Shown here: positions 31,778 through 32,000 of the stretch, in pieces
Numbering within the stretch: the first letter of the stretch is position 1
Layout: each line of letters begins with the position of its first letter
Origin: Candidatus Saccharimonadota bacterium
Lineage (GTDB): Bacteria > Patescibacteriota > Microgenomatia > UBA1406 > GWC2-37-13
Direction of reading: 5' to 3'
Length of the DNA: 32,000 nucleotides
Assembly: GCA_016432445.1 (NCBI GenBank)
Contig: CP066689.1
Location: forward strand, 60,001-92,000
The notes under the pieces: model-generated
Seen by the model: only the letters and a program-made list of their open reading frames with translations
What the model was told of the DNA's origin: nothing
Database searches by the model: none
Program-made: the position numbers and the translations under genes

Positions 31778-32000
31778 ATGGGATTGTTAAAAGATTTATT
31801 ATTTCCTAAATTCTGTGTTATCTGCAGTTTATTAGGCAGTTATATCTGTCTTTCCTGTCAAAAAAAATTAATAAGAAGCAGTAATTGCTGTGTTTATTGC
31901 AATAAACTGAGTTTTTTTGGCTTAACTCATTATTCTTGTCAAAGACAATTAGGGATAGATGGATTAATTAGTGTATATACATATAATCAGCCGATTAAAA
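31778..32000 (+). CDS. ComF-family protein (partial, runs off right edge)
   Basis: My own translation gives MGLLKDLLFPKFCVICSLLGSYICLSCQKKLIRSSNCCVYCNKLSFFGLTHYSCQRQLGIDGLISVYTYNQPIK. This is the double CxxC N-terminus typical of ComFC/GntX phosphoribosyltransferase-like proteins. Confidence 0.65.
   Translation, partial: MGLLKDLLFPKFCVICSLLGSYICLSCQKKLIRSSNCCVYCNKLSFFGLTHYSCQRQLGIDGLISVYTYNQPIK

Noticed and set aside
1-32000. Considered whether an alternative genetic code (UGA recoding) is in use, as in some candidate-phylum lineages.
   Set aside because: Long family-consistent ORFs terminate properly with the standard code. TGA is used as a stop for the PGI, dnaA and nrdJ genes at positions that match expected protein lengths.

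Overview
AT-rich bacterial chromosomal window ending at the replication-initiation locus: dnaN, dnaA with a palindromic pair of perfect DnaA boxes, then a partial comF-like gene. Most genes are housekeeping: TagA-like glycosyltransferase, PBP2, S1, HU, RNase Y, RecA/RecX, thioredoxin, RNase HI, and nrdR-nrdJ-pduO. The gene content includes a PrgI-like/VirB4-like cluster, an rRNA-IVS-type four-helix-bundle protein, DUF559, cupin-type PGI and very short spacers. That mix suggests a Patescibacteria/CPR-like genome, but this is inference only. All product calls come from motifs I recognise by eye; no searches were run. I saw no rRNA, tRNA, CRISPR array or transposase. Five things stand out. (1) A well-supported cobalamin riboswitch sits just after the B12-dependent RNR and adenosyltransferase genes and controls two proteins I cannot assign to any family. 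(2) Hairpin elements built from degenerate tandem heptamers (strict 7-nt period) fill most of the longer spacers. They also occur in frame inside two intact genes, inside the riboswitch variable arm, and as inverted repeats around the four-helix-bundle gene. (3) A closed multi-hairpin element is present twice, each time fused to the stop codon of a gene (rny, recX), once abutting a DUF559 endonuclease-like gene. (4) A 20-nt perfect GC palindrome is present three times. (5) A Xer-like recombinase has apparently substituted catalytic residues.
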